Of a stretch of 64,000 nucleotides of DNA, positions 28,715 through 37,940 are shown one piece after another. The number at the start of each line of letters is the position of its first letter. The first letter of the stretch is position 1. This stretch comes from an uncultured Candidatus Binatia bacterium (GTDB lineage Bacteria > Desulfobacterota > Binatia > Bin18). The notes beneath the pieces were generated by a model. It ran no database searches, was not told the DNA's origin, and saw only the letters and a list, made by a program, of their open reading frames with translations. The stretch lies in contig CBDESS010000004.1 of NCBI GenBank assembly GCA_965242605.1, positions 321,157 through 385,156 on the forward strand. The letters are read 5' to 3'. Position numbers and translations under genes: made by a program.

Positions 28715-30628
28715 TCAGTCCTCTGGATCTGGATCGAAGTGGGTGCTTTCCTCCTGGTTCTTGCCCGCACTGGGGATGCTGCTCCGCCTCCCGCTGGCCA
28801 GGTTGTTATACCCCCCGCTCACGCTCGCATGAAAGCCACGCGCTTCGTTGTCGAGACCCCCAACCACACTCGCATGCCAGCCGCTCGCCAGGTTGTTTTT
28901 CCCCCCAAGCACGCTCGCAAACGTTTCACTCGCTTCGTTGTTGTCGCCCCCAACCACGCTCGTTAAGTTCACCGTGCTCGCGTTGTTCCGGCCCCCAAGC
29001 ACGCTCGCATAATTCCCCTCGATAGTGTTCCCTAAGCCCACCACCAAGCCACCGTGACCGCTGTACACATGCTCGGGGCCAATCACCACGTTGTGCGAGC
29101 CGGTACGATCATTGCGGCCCTCGGTCCGGGTCAGGGGGGTCGCCTCACCAAGAAGGTCAAAGGTGCCATCTTCGTTGTAGCCCACGATCAGGTTGCCGAG
29201 CCCGTTGGTGATAGAGGTTGACTCGAAGCTGTTCCCGTTGCGGATGTGGATGTTGCAGCCCTCGAAGACCACATCCGCCGTGGTCTGGCCGGTCACGGCT
29301 TCGGTGGTCAGACAGGCAGGCCAGAGGTGGCGGAAGTCAGCCACGCCGGTCACGGTCACGCCGCTGCCCCCGCTCACAACGCTGCCCTTAGTGCTGGTAG
29401 CCATGTTCAGCAGACCCCCGAGCACGCTGGCAGCTTTGCTGCTGGCTATGTTCCGATCACCCCCGTTCACGCTGGCCGCCCGACCGCTGGCAGCGTTGTT
29501 CGAGCCCCCGCTCACGCTGGCGTGAGAGCCACGGGCCCTGTTGTTGATACCCCCGCTCACGCTGGCGTTATAATTCTCGGCCCTGTTCAACCGGCCCCCG
29601 CTCACGCTGGCGTTATTGAAGCTGGCTGTGTTGACATGGCCCCCGCTCACGCTGGCCCACCTACCGGTGGCCCTGTTCCCACTGCCCCCGCTCACGCTGG
29701 ACGCCTCGCCGCTGGCCCTGTTGGACCGGCCCCCGCTCACGCTGGCGTTAGACCTACTGGCGCCGTTGTTCGAGCCCCCGCTCACGCTGGCCGCCCAGCC
29801 GCTGGCCGTGTTGTCGGACCCCCCGCTCACGCTGGCCGCCCGGCCGCTGGCTATGTTGCGCGATCCCCCGCTCACGCTGGCGTCACTGGTGCTGGCCGTG
29901 TTGTACCGGCCCCCGCTCACGCTGGCCGCCCAGGCACTGGCCACATTCCCCCCACCCCCGCTCACGCTGGCGTTATAACCACTGGCCGTGTTCCGAAAGC
30001 CTCCGCTCACGCTGGCGTGATTGTTGCTGGCCGTGTTGTACCGGCCCCCGCTCACGCTGGCCGCCCAGCCGCTGGCCGTGTTCCAATGGCCCCCGCTCAC
30101 GCTGGCCGCCCAGTTAGCGGCCGTGTTGGCCTGGCCGCCGCTCACGCTGGCCGCATTGGTATGGCGGGAGATGACGTTATCATACCCCGCCACCAGCCCC
30201 CCAGAACTGGGGTACTGATGCGTACTCCCAATCACCAGGTTGTGCGAACCGCCCCGCCGGGCCGTGTCCGCCGTCGGGTGGGTGTTCGCCTCGTTGTAGC
30301 CGATAATCAGGTTGCCCAGCCCCAGCGGCTCGGAGCGCCACTCGTTGTTGACGGTCCGTCCTTTATAGGTCACGCCCGACCCGCTGCGGATATGGACATT
30401 AGCCCCGGTGAACACCACATGCGGGCCTTTGAGGCCGTGGTAGGTACTGGTGGCCGCAGTCTCAATGACCTGAATGTAACGGGTCAGGGGAGTCAACCTG
30501 TTGACTTCGGCCTGTAAGGCCGCCACCTGGGTCGCTAGCTCCGCCAGGGTGGGTGTCTGGCCCCAGCCCGGACTGGCAGCCAGCAGGACAGTACACAGAG
30601 ACGAACAACAGAGAATAAGACGCCGCAT
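28715..30628 (-). CDS. Secreted 15-aa-repeat protein, copy B (637 aa)
   Basis: Same architecture; 3' ~1 kb nearly identical to copy A; 30 aa (2 repeats) shorter than A. Confidence 0.88.
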   Translation of the reverse strand: MRRLILCCSSLCTVLLAASPGWGQTPTLAELATQVAALQAEVNRLTPLTRYIQVIETAATSTYHGLKGPHVVFTGANVHIRSGSGVTYKGRTVNNEWRSEPLGLGNLIIGYNEANTHPTADTARRGGSHNLVIGSTHQYPSSGGLVAGYDNVISRHTNAASVSGGQANTAANWAASVSGGHWNTASGWAASVSGGRYNTASNNHASVSGGFRNTASGYNASVSGGGGNVASAWAASVSGGRYNTASTSDASVSGGSRNIASGRAASVSGGSDNTASGWAASVSGGSNNGASRSNASVSGGRSNRASGEASSVSGGSGNRATGRWASVSGGHVNTASFNNASVSGGRLNRAENYNASVSGGINNRARGSHASVSGGSNNAASGRAASVNGGDRNIASSKAASVLGGLLNMATSTKGSVVSGGSGVTVTGVADFRHLWPACLTTEAVTGQTTADVVFEGCNIHIRNGNSFESTSITNGLGNLIVGYNEDGTFDLLGEATPLTRTEGRNDRTGSHNVVIGPEHVYSGHGGLVVGLGNTIEGNYASVLGGRNNASTVNLTSVVGGDNNEASETFASVLGGKNNLASGWHASVVGGLDNEARGFHASVSGGYNNLASGRRSSIPSAGKNQEESTHFDPDPED

Positions 30629-30833
30629 TACGCGCTCCTTTCGGCCCCCACAGGGGCAAGCGAGAATAGAAGCGCACCTGTACTGCCTTCCTGCCGGACT
30701 GTCAAAGCAGGGCCGGGGGTGGCTGGCCAGCCGGGTTGCTCCGGCAGGTGAAGCGGTCAGGCACCCAGGGCAGACACCGGACGGGAAGAGCGCAAGGGGC
30801 ATGGCCCCCTCGCCCCGGGAGACCCCAGCAGGG

Positions 30834-32813
30834 CTAGAGGGCGTCGCCGTCAACGGTGGCCGTCTGGTTCCTGCCCCCGCTGATGCTGCTCCGCTTCCCG
30901 ATCGCCGTGTTGCCCTGCCCCCCGCTCACACTCGAATAGTCCCCCCGCGCTTCGTTGCCCTGCCCCCCGCTCACGCTCGAATGATCCCCGCTCGCCTCGT
31001 TGTCTTTGCCTCCAACCACGCTCGCATAATCCCCGCTGATGGTGTTCCCTGAACCCACCACCAAGCCACTGTGACCCGAGTAGTCGTGCTCGGGACCAAT
31101 CACCACATTGTGCGAGCCGGTGCGATCAAGGATGTCATCTGCATCTTCGTTGTAGCCCACGATCAGGTTGCCGCGCCCGTTGGTGGTAGCGGTCCGCTTG
31201 GTAGTATGCTCGTTGCGGATGTGGACATTGCAGCCCTCAAAGACTACATCATCTTTGGGCTGGTTGGCCACGGCTTCAGTCGTCAGGCAGGCCAGAGAGG
31301 GCGGAAGTTCGGACACGCTGACCACGGTCACGTCTTGGCCGCCGCTGATGCTGGTCGCGCTGCTGGTCGCCGTGTTGCCCCGACCGCCGAGCACGCTGGC
31401 CGCCCAGCCACCGGCCCTGTTGTTGCTCCCCCCGCTCACATTGGAGAAATCACCTCTGGCCACGTTCGTCACGCCCCCGCTCACATTGGAGCTACCACCG
31501 ATGGCCTCGTTGTTCGAGCCCCCGCTCACACTGGAGTGACGACCCCGGGCCGTGTTGCGGCCACCCCCGCTCACACTGGAGTAATGACCCACGGCCCTGT
31601 TCGTCCAGCCCCCGCTCACATTGGAGTAATCACCTCTGGCCACGTTCGTCACGCCCCCGCTCACACTGGAGCTACCACCGATGGCCTCGTTGTTCGAGCC
31701 CCCGCTCACACTGGAGTGACGACCCCGGGCCGTGTTGCGGCCACCCCCGCTCACACTGGAGTAATGACCCACGGCCCTGTTCGTCCAGCCCCCGCTCACA
31801 TTGGAGTAATCACCTCTGGCCACGTTCGTCACGCCCCCGCTCACACTGGAGCTACCACCGATGGCCTCGTTGTTCGAGCCCCCGCTCACACTGGAGTGAC
31901 GACCCCGGGCCGTGTTGCGGCCACCCCCGCTCACACTGGAGTAATGACCCACGGCCCTGTTCGTCCAGCCCCCGCTCACATTGGAGTAATCACCTCTGGC
32001 CACGTTCGTCACGCCCCCGCTCACACTGGAGCCACCGCCGATGGCCTCGTTGCTGACACCCCCGCTCACGCTCGACGCGCTGCTAGTCGCCAAGTTGTTG
32101 CTACCCCCGCTCACACTGGACGCCCAACCACCGGTCCTGTTGCTGACACCCCCGCTCACACTGGACGCAGAGCCCCGGGCCTCGTTATTACGGCCCCCGC
32201 TGATGCTGGCCACCCCACCGATGGCTTGGTTACGACTGCCGCCGAGCACGCTGGTCGCCCAGCCTGTGGCCGCGTTCAGATGGCCCCCGCTCACGCTGGC
32301 CGCAAAGCCAGCGGCCGCGTTCAGATGGCCCCCGCTCACGCTGGCCGCAGTGGTATGGCGGAAGATGACGTTATCATGCCCCGCCACCAGCCCCCCAGAA
32401 CTGGGGTACTGATGCGCACTCCCAATCACCAGGTTGTGCGAGCCACCCCGCCTAGCCGTATCCGCCGTCGGGTGGGTGTTCGCCTCGTTGTAGCCGATAA
32501 TCAGGTTGCCCAGCCCCAGCGGCTCGGAGCGCCACTCGTTGTTGACGGTCCGTCCTTTATAGGTCACGCCCGACCCGCTGCGGATATGGACATTGGCCCC
32601 GGTGAACACCACATGCGGGCCTTTGAGGCCGTGGTAGGTACTGGTGGCCGCAGTCTCAATGACTTGAATGTAGCGGGTCAGCGTGTCGACCTTGGTCTGC
32701 AAGGCCGCCATCTGGGTCGCTAGCTCCGCCAGGGTAGGCGTCTGGCCCCAGCCCGGACTGGCAGCCAGCAGGATAGCACCCAGAGACGAACAACAGAGGA
32801 TAAGACGCTGCAT
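30834..32813 (-). CDS. Secreted 15-aa-repeat protein, copy C (659 aa)
   Basis: Same architecture; type-2 middle module (SELPPSLACLTTEAVANQPKDD); ends TATVDGDAL. Confidence 0.88.
   Translation of the reverse strand: MQRLILCCSSLGAILLAASPGWGQTPTLAELATQMAALQTKVDTLTRYIQVIETAATSTYHGLKGPHVVFTGANVHIRSGSGVTYKGRTVNNEWRSEPLGLGNLIIGYNEANTHPTADTARRGGSHNLVIGSAHQYPSSGGLVAGHDNVIFRHTTAASVSGGHLNAAAGFAASVSGGHLNAATGWATSVLGGSRNQAIGGVASISGGRNNEARGSASSVSGGVSNRTGGWASSVSGGSNNLATSSASSVSGGVSNEAIGGGSSVSGGVTNVARGDYSNVSGGWTNRAVGHYSSVSGGGRNTARGRHSSVSGGSNNEAIGGSSSVSGGVTNVARGDYSNVSGGWTNRAVGHYSSVSGGGRNTARGRHSSVSGGSNNEAIGGSSSVSGGVTNVARGDYSNVSGGWTNRAVGHYSSVSGGGRNTARGRHSSVSGGSNNEAIGGSSNVSGGVTNVARGDFSNVSGGSNNRAGGWAASVLGGRGNTATSSATSISGGQDVTVVSVSELPPSLACLTTEAVANQPKDDVVFEGCNVHIRNEHTTKRTATTNGRGNLIVGYNEDADDILDRTGSHNVVIGPEHDYSGHSGLVVGSGNTISGDYASVVGGKDNEASGDHSSVSGGQGNEARGDYSSVSGGQGNTAIGKRSSISGGRNQTATVDGDAL
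31441..32040. repeat. Near-perfect 180-bp (4 x 45 nt) tandem repeat, about 3.3 copies, inside copy C
   Basis: Sequence lines starting at 31501, 31681 and 31861 are identical, as are 31561, 31741 and 31921. Confidence 0.95.
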
Positions 32814-33010
32814 TACGCGCTCCTTTCGGCCCCTACAGGGGCAAGCGAGAATAGAATGGTGTGTTCATAACTGTCGTCCTGCCGGGCCGTCAAGGCAGGG
32901 CCGGGGGTGGCTGGCCAGCCGGGTTGCTCCGGCAGGCGAAGCGGTCAGGCACGCAGGGCAGCCCCCGGACGGGGAGACCGGAAGGGGCACGGCTGGAGAC
33001 CCCAGCAGGG

Positions 33011-35080
33011 CTAGAGGTCGCTGCTGGCCGTCTCGTTCTTGCCCCCGCTGATGCTGCTCCGCTTCCCGATCGCCGTGTTGTTGTGGCCCCCGCTCACACT
33101 CGCATGGTCCCCCCGCGCTTCGTTCTCCTGCCCTCCGCTCACACTCGCATGGTCCCCCCGCGCTTCGTTCTCCTGCCCCCCGCTCACACTCGCATGGTCC
33201 CCCCGCGCTTCGTTCTCCTGCCCCCCGCTCACACTCGAATAATCCCCCCGCGCTTCGTTCTCCTGCCCTCCGCTCACACTCGAATAATCCCCGCTCGCCT
33301 CGTTGTCTTTGCCCCCAACCACGCTCGAGTACTCCCCGCTGATGATGTTCCTCAGACCCACCACCAAGCCACTGTGACTCGAATATTCGTGCTCAGGGCC
33401 AATCACCACGTTGTGCGAACCCGTGCGGTCAAAGACGTTATCTTCATTGTAGCCCACGATCAGGTTGCCGAGCCCGTTGGTGGTAGTGGTCCGCTTGGTG
33501 CTATGCCCGTTGCGGACGTGGACGTTGCAGCCCTCAAAGACCACATCATCTGTGGTCTGGCCGGTCACGGCTTCGGTGGTCAGACAGGCAGGCCAGAGGT
33601 GGCGGAAGTCAGCCACGCCGGTCACAGTCACGCCGCTGCCCCCGCTCACAACGCTGCCCTTAGTGCTGGTAGCCATGTTCAGCAGACCCCCGAGCACGCT
33701 GGCAGCTTTGCTGCTGGCTATGTTCCGATCACCCCCGTTCACACTGGCCGCCCGACCGCTGGCGCCGTTGTTCGAGCCCCCGCTCACGCTGGCGTGAGAG
33801 CCACGGGCCCTGTTGTTGATACCCCCGCTCACGCTGGCGTTATAATTCTCGGCCCTGTTCAACCGGCCCCCGCTCACGCTGGCACTATTGAAGCTAGCCG
33901 TGTTGGCATTGCCCCCGCTCACGCTGGCCTCCCTACCGCTGGCCGTGTTGCCATGGCCCCCGCTCACGCTGGCCCTCCAACCGCTGGCCCTGTTGCGATA
34001 GCCCCCGCTCATGCTCGAGTGAGTGCCACTGGCCCTGTTCTCCTGGCCCCCGCTCACACTGGACGCCCAGCCGCTAGACGTGTTGCCACGGCCCCCGCTC
34101 ACGCTGGCATCCCCACCGCTGGCCACATTGTGCGAACCGCCGCTCACGCTGGACGACCCGCCGCTGGCTATGTTGCCCGCTCCCCCGCTCACGCTGGACG
34201 ACCCGCCGCTGGCCTCGTTGCGAGAGCCCCCGCTCACACTGGAGCTATGACCGCTGGCCTCGTTTTCTACGCCCCCGCTCACGCTGGTGTGATGGTTGCT
34301 GGCCGTGTTGCGGAGCCCCCCGCTCACGCTCGACACGCTGCTAGTCGCCGTGTTCTCCCGGCCCCCGCTCACGCTGGCCGCCCAGGCACTGGCCACATTG
34401 TGCGCACCCCCGCTCACGCTGGCCGCCCTACCGCTGGCCGTGTTGTACTCGCCTCCGCTCACGCTGGACAACGGGCCGCTGGCCGTGTTCCAATGGCCCC
34501 CGCTCGCGCTGGACGCCCAGCCACTGGCCACATTGTGCGCACCCCCGCTCACGCTGGCCGCCCAGTTAGCGGCCGTGTTGGCCTGGCCGCCGCTCACGCT
34601 GGCCGCATTGGTATGGCGGGAGATGACGTTATCATACCCCGCCACCAGCCCCCCAGAACTGGGGTACTGATGCGTACTCCCAATCACCAAGTTGTGCGAA
34701 CCGCCCCGCCGGGCCGTGTCCGCCGTCGGGTGGGTGTTCGCCTCGTTGTAGCCGATAATCAGGTTGCCCAGCCCCAGCGGCTCGGAGCGCCACTCGTTGT
34801 TGACGGTCCGTCCTTTATAGGTCACGCCCGACCCGCTGCGGATATGGACATTGGCCCCGGTGAACACCACATGCGGGCCGTTGAGGCCGTGGTAGGTGCT
34901 CGTGGCCGCAGTCTCGATGACTTGAATGTAGCGGGTCAGGGGAGTCAACCTGTTGACTGCGGCCTGTAAGGCCGCCACCTGGGTCGCTAGCTCCGCCAGG
35001 GTAGGCGTCTGGCCCCAGCCCGGACTGGCAGCCAGCAGGACAGCACACAGAGACGAACAACAGAGGATAAGACGCCGCAT
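33011..35080 (-). CDS. Secreted 15-aa-repeat protein, copy D (689 aa)
   Basis: Type-1 middle module (FRHLWPACLTTEAVTGQTT) with expanded C-terminal GQENEARGD repeats; ends TASSDL. Confidence 0.88.
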   Translation of the reverse strand: MRRLILCCSSLCAVLLAASPGWGQTPTLAELATQVAALQAAVNRLTPLTRYIQVIETAATSTYHGLNGPHVVFTGANVHIRSGSGVTYKGRTVNNEWRSEPLGLGNLIIGYNEANTHPTADTARRGGSHNLVIGSTHQYPSSGGLVAGYDNVISRHTNAASVSGGQANTAANWAASVSGGAHNVASGWASSASGGHWNTASGPLSSVSGGEYNTASGRAASVSGGAHNVASAWAASVSGGRENTATSSVSSVSGGLRNTASNHHTSVSGGVENEASGHSSSVSGGSRNEASGGSSSVSGGAGNIASGGSSSVSGGSHNVASGGDASVSGGRGNTSSGWASSVSGGQENRASGTHSSMSGGYRNRASGWRASVSGGHGNTASGREASVSGGNANTASFNSASVSGGRLNRAENYNASVSGGINNRARGSHASVSGGSNNGASGRAASVNGGDRNIASSKAASVLGGLLNMATSTKGSVVSGGSGVTVTGVADFRHLWPACLTTEAVTGQTTDDVVFEGCNVHVRNGHSTKRTTTTNGLGNLIVGYNEDNVFDRTGSHNVVIGPEHEYSSHSGLVVGLRNIISGEYSSVVGGKDNEASGDYSSVSGGQENEARGDYSSVSGGQENEARGDHASVSGGQENEARGDHASVSGGQENEARGDHASVSGGHNNTAIGKRSSISGGKNETASSDL
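33087..33292. repeat. Near-perfect 45-bp tandem repeat (about 4 copies) in the 3' end of copy D
   Basis: CCCCGCGCTTCGTTCTCCTGCCC[CT]CCGCTCACACTCG... repeated head-to-tail, encoding SVSGGQENEARGD[HY][AS]. Confidence 0.9.
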
Positions 35081-35288
35081 TACGCGCTCCTTTCGGCCCC
35101 CACAGGGGCAAGCGAGAATAGAATGGTACGTTCATAACTGTCGTCCTGCCGGACTGTCAAGGCAGGGCCGGGGGTGGCTGGCCAGCCGGGTTGCTCCGGC
35201 AGGCGAAGCGGTCAGGCACGCAGGGCAAACACCGGACGGGAAGAACGCGAGGGGCACGGCCCCCTCGCCCCGGGACACTCCGGCAGGG

Positions 35289-37088
35289 CTAGAGGGCGTC
35301 GCCGTCAACGGTGGCCGTCTGGTTCTTGCCCCCGCTGATGCTGCTCCGCTTCCCGATCGCCGTGTTGCCCTGCCCCCCGCTCACACTCGAATAGTCCCCC
35401 CGCGCTTCGTTGTCCTGCCCCCCGCTCACGCTCGAATGATCTCCGCTCGCCTCGTTGTCTTTGCCTCCAACCACGCTCGCATGATCCCCGCTGATGGTGT
35501 TCCCTGAGCCCACCACCAAGCCACCGTGACCCGAGTAGTCGTGCTCGGGACCAATCACCACGTTGTGCGAGCCGGTGCGATCAAGGATGTCATCTGCATC
35601 TTCGTTGTAGCCCACGATCAGGTTGCCGCGCCCGTTGGTGGTAGCGGTCCGCTCGGTGGTATGCTCGTTGCGGATGTGGACATTGCAGCCCTCAAAGACT
35701 ACATCATCTTTGGGCTGGTTGGCCACGGCTTCAGTCGTCAGGCAGGCCAGAGAGGGCGGAAGTTCGGACACGCTGACCACGGTCACGTCTTGGCCGCCGC
35801 TGATGCTGGTCGCGCTGCTGGTCGCCGTGTTGCCCCGGCCGCCGAGCACGCTGGCCGCAAAGCCACCGGCCCTGTTCCCATGGCCGCCGACCACACTGGA
35901 GCTATTACCCAGGGCCCTGTTGATATGGCCGCCGCTCACGCTGGACCAAGGACCCTGGGCCGTATTGGTGGTACCCCCGCTCACGCTGGACGCCCAGCCA
36001 CCAGCCCTGTTGTTGTACCCCCCGCTCACACTGGACGTCCCACCGCGGGCCGTGTTGTTATACCCCCCGCTCACACTGGAGTCAATACCCAGGGCCTTGT
36101 TGGTCTTGCCGCCGCTCACGCTGGACCAAGGACCCTGGGCCGTATTGGTGGTACCCCCGCTCACGCTGGACGCCCAGCCGCGGGCCGTGTTGTTGTACCC
36201 CCCGCTCACACTGGACGCCCCACCGCGGGCCGTGTTGTTGTACCCCCCGCTCACACTGGACGCGCTGCTAGTCGCCAAGTTGGTGTGGCCCCCGCTCACA
36301 CTGGAGTCAGAACCCAGGGCCTTGTTGGTGTGGCCCCCGCTCACACTGGAGTGATAACCAATGGCCCTGTTGTTGCCACCCCCGCTCACACTGGCCTCCC
36401 GGCCAACGGCCCTGTTATTGCCACCCCCGCTCACACTGGACGCCGGGCCCCTGGCCTCGTTATTACGGCCCCCGCTGATGCTGGCCACCCCACCGATGGC
36501 TTGGTTACGACTGCCGCCGAGCACGCTGGTCGCCCAGCCTGTGGCCGCGTTCAGATGGCCCCCGCTCACGCTGGCCGCAAAGCCAGCGGCCGCGTTCAGA
36601 TGGCCCCCGCTCACGCTGGCCGCAGTGGTATGGCGGAAGATGACGTTATCATGCCCCGCCACCAGCCCCCCAGAACTGGGGTACTGATGCGCACTCCCAA
36701 TCACCAAGTTGTGCGAGCCACCCCGCCGGGCCGTATCCGCTGTCGGGTGGGTGTTCGCCTCGTTGTAGCCGATAATCAGGTTGCCCAGCCCCAGCGGCTC
36801 GGAGCGCCACTCGTTGTTGACGGTCCGCCCTTTATAGGTCACGCCCGACCCGCTGCGGATGTGGACATTGGCCCCGGTGAACACCACATGCGGGCCTTTG
36901 AGGCCGTGGTAGGTACTGGTGGCCGCAGTCTCAATGACCTGAATGTAACGGGTCAGCGTGTCGACCTTGGTCTGCAAGGCCGCCATCTGGGTCGCTAGCT
37001 CCGCCAGGGTAGGCGTCTGGCCCCAGCCCGGACTGGCAGTCAGCAGGACAGCACACAGAGACGAACAACAGAGGATAAGACGCTGCAT
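35289..37088 (-). CDS. Secreted 15-aa-repeat protein, copy E (599 aa)
   Basis: Type-2 middle module; ends TATVDGDAL; exactly 60 aa (4 repeats) shorter than C. Confidence 0.88.
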   Translation of the reverse strand: MQRLILCCSSLCAVLLTASPGWGQTPTLAELATQMAALQTKVDTLTRYIQVIETAATSTYHGLKGPHVVFTGANVHIRSGSGVTYKGRTVNNEWRSEPLGLGNLIIGYNEANTHPTADTARRGGSHNLVIGSAHQYPSSGGLVAGHDNVIFRHTTAASVSGGHLNAAAGFAASVSGGHLNAATGWATSVLGGSRNQAIGGVASISGGRNNEARGPASSVSGGGNNRAVGREASVSGGGNNRAIGYHSSVSGGHTNKALGSDSSVSGGHTNLATSSASSVSGGYNNTARGGASSVSGGYNNTARGWASSVSGGTTNTAQGPWSSVSGGKTNKALGIDSSVSGGYNNTARGGTSSVSGGYNNRAGGWASSVSGGTTNTAQGPWSSVSGGHINRALGNSSSVVGGHGNRAGGFAASVLGGRGNTATSSATSISGGQDVTVVSVSELPPSLACLTTEAVANQPKDDVVFEGCNVHIRNEHTTERTATTNGRGNLIVGYNEDADDILDRTGSHNVVIGPEHDYSGHGGLVVGSGNTISGDHASVVGGKDNEASGDHSSVSGGQDNEARGDYSSVSGGQGNTAIGKRSSISGGKNQTATVDGDAL

Positions 37089-37295
37089 TACGCGCTCCTT
37101 TCGGCCCCTACAGGGGCAAGCGAGAATAGAATGGTGTGTTCATAACTGTCGTCCTGCCGGGCCGTCAAGGCAGGGCCGGGGGTGGCTGGCCAGCCGGGTT
37201 GCTCCGGCAGGCGAAGCGGTCAGGCACGTAGGGCAGCCCCCGGACGGGGAGACCGGAAGGGGCACGGCTCTTCGCCCCAGGAGACCCCAGCAGGG

Positions 37296-37734
37296 CTAGA
37301 GGTCGCTGCTGGCCGTCTCGTTCTTGCCCCCGCTGATGCTGCTCTGCTTCCCGATCGCCGTGTTGTTGTGGCCCCCGCTCACACTCGCATGGTCCCCCCG
37401 CGCTTCGTTCTCAGGTTACCCAGCCCCAGAGGCTCGGAGCGCCACTCGTTGTTGACGGTCCGCCCTTTATGCGTCACGCCCGACCCGCTGCGGATATGGA
37501 CATTGGCCCCGGTGAACACCACAGGCGGGCCGTTGAGGCCGTGGGAGGTACTGGTGGCCGCAGTCTCGATGACCTGAATGTAGCGGGCCAGGGGAGTCAG
37601 CTGTTGACTGCGGCCTGTAAGGCCGCCACCTGGGTCGCTAGCTCCGCCAGGGTAGGCGTCTGGCCCCAGCCCGGACTGGCAGCCAGCAGGACAGTACACA
37701 ACGACGAACAACAGAGGATGAGCCGACGCGTCAC
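37296..37734 (-). pseudogene. Internally deleted array remnant R2
   Basis: Same ACG start, same 1-nt deletion and same GLGNL/ENEARGDH junction (about 37411) as R1. Confidence 0.85.
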
Positions 37735-37940
37735 GCGCTCCTTTCGGCCCCCACAGGGGCAAGCGAGAACAGAACGGCGCACCTGTACTGTCTCGTCCTG
37801 CCGGACTGTCAAGGCAGGGCCGGGGGTGGCTGGCCAGCCGGGTTGCTCCGGCAGGCGAAGCGGTCAGACACGCAGGGCAGACACCGGACGGGAAGAGCGC
37901 AAGGGGCATGGCCCCCTCGCCCCAGGAGACCCCAGCAGGG

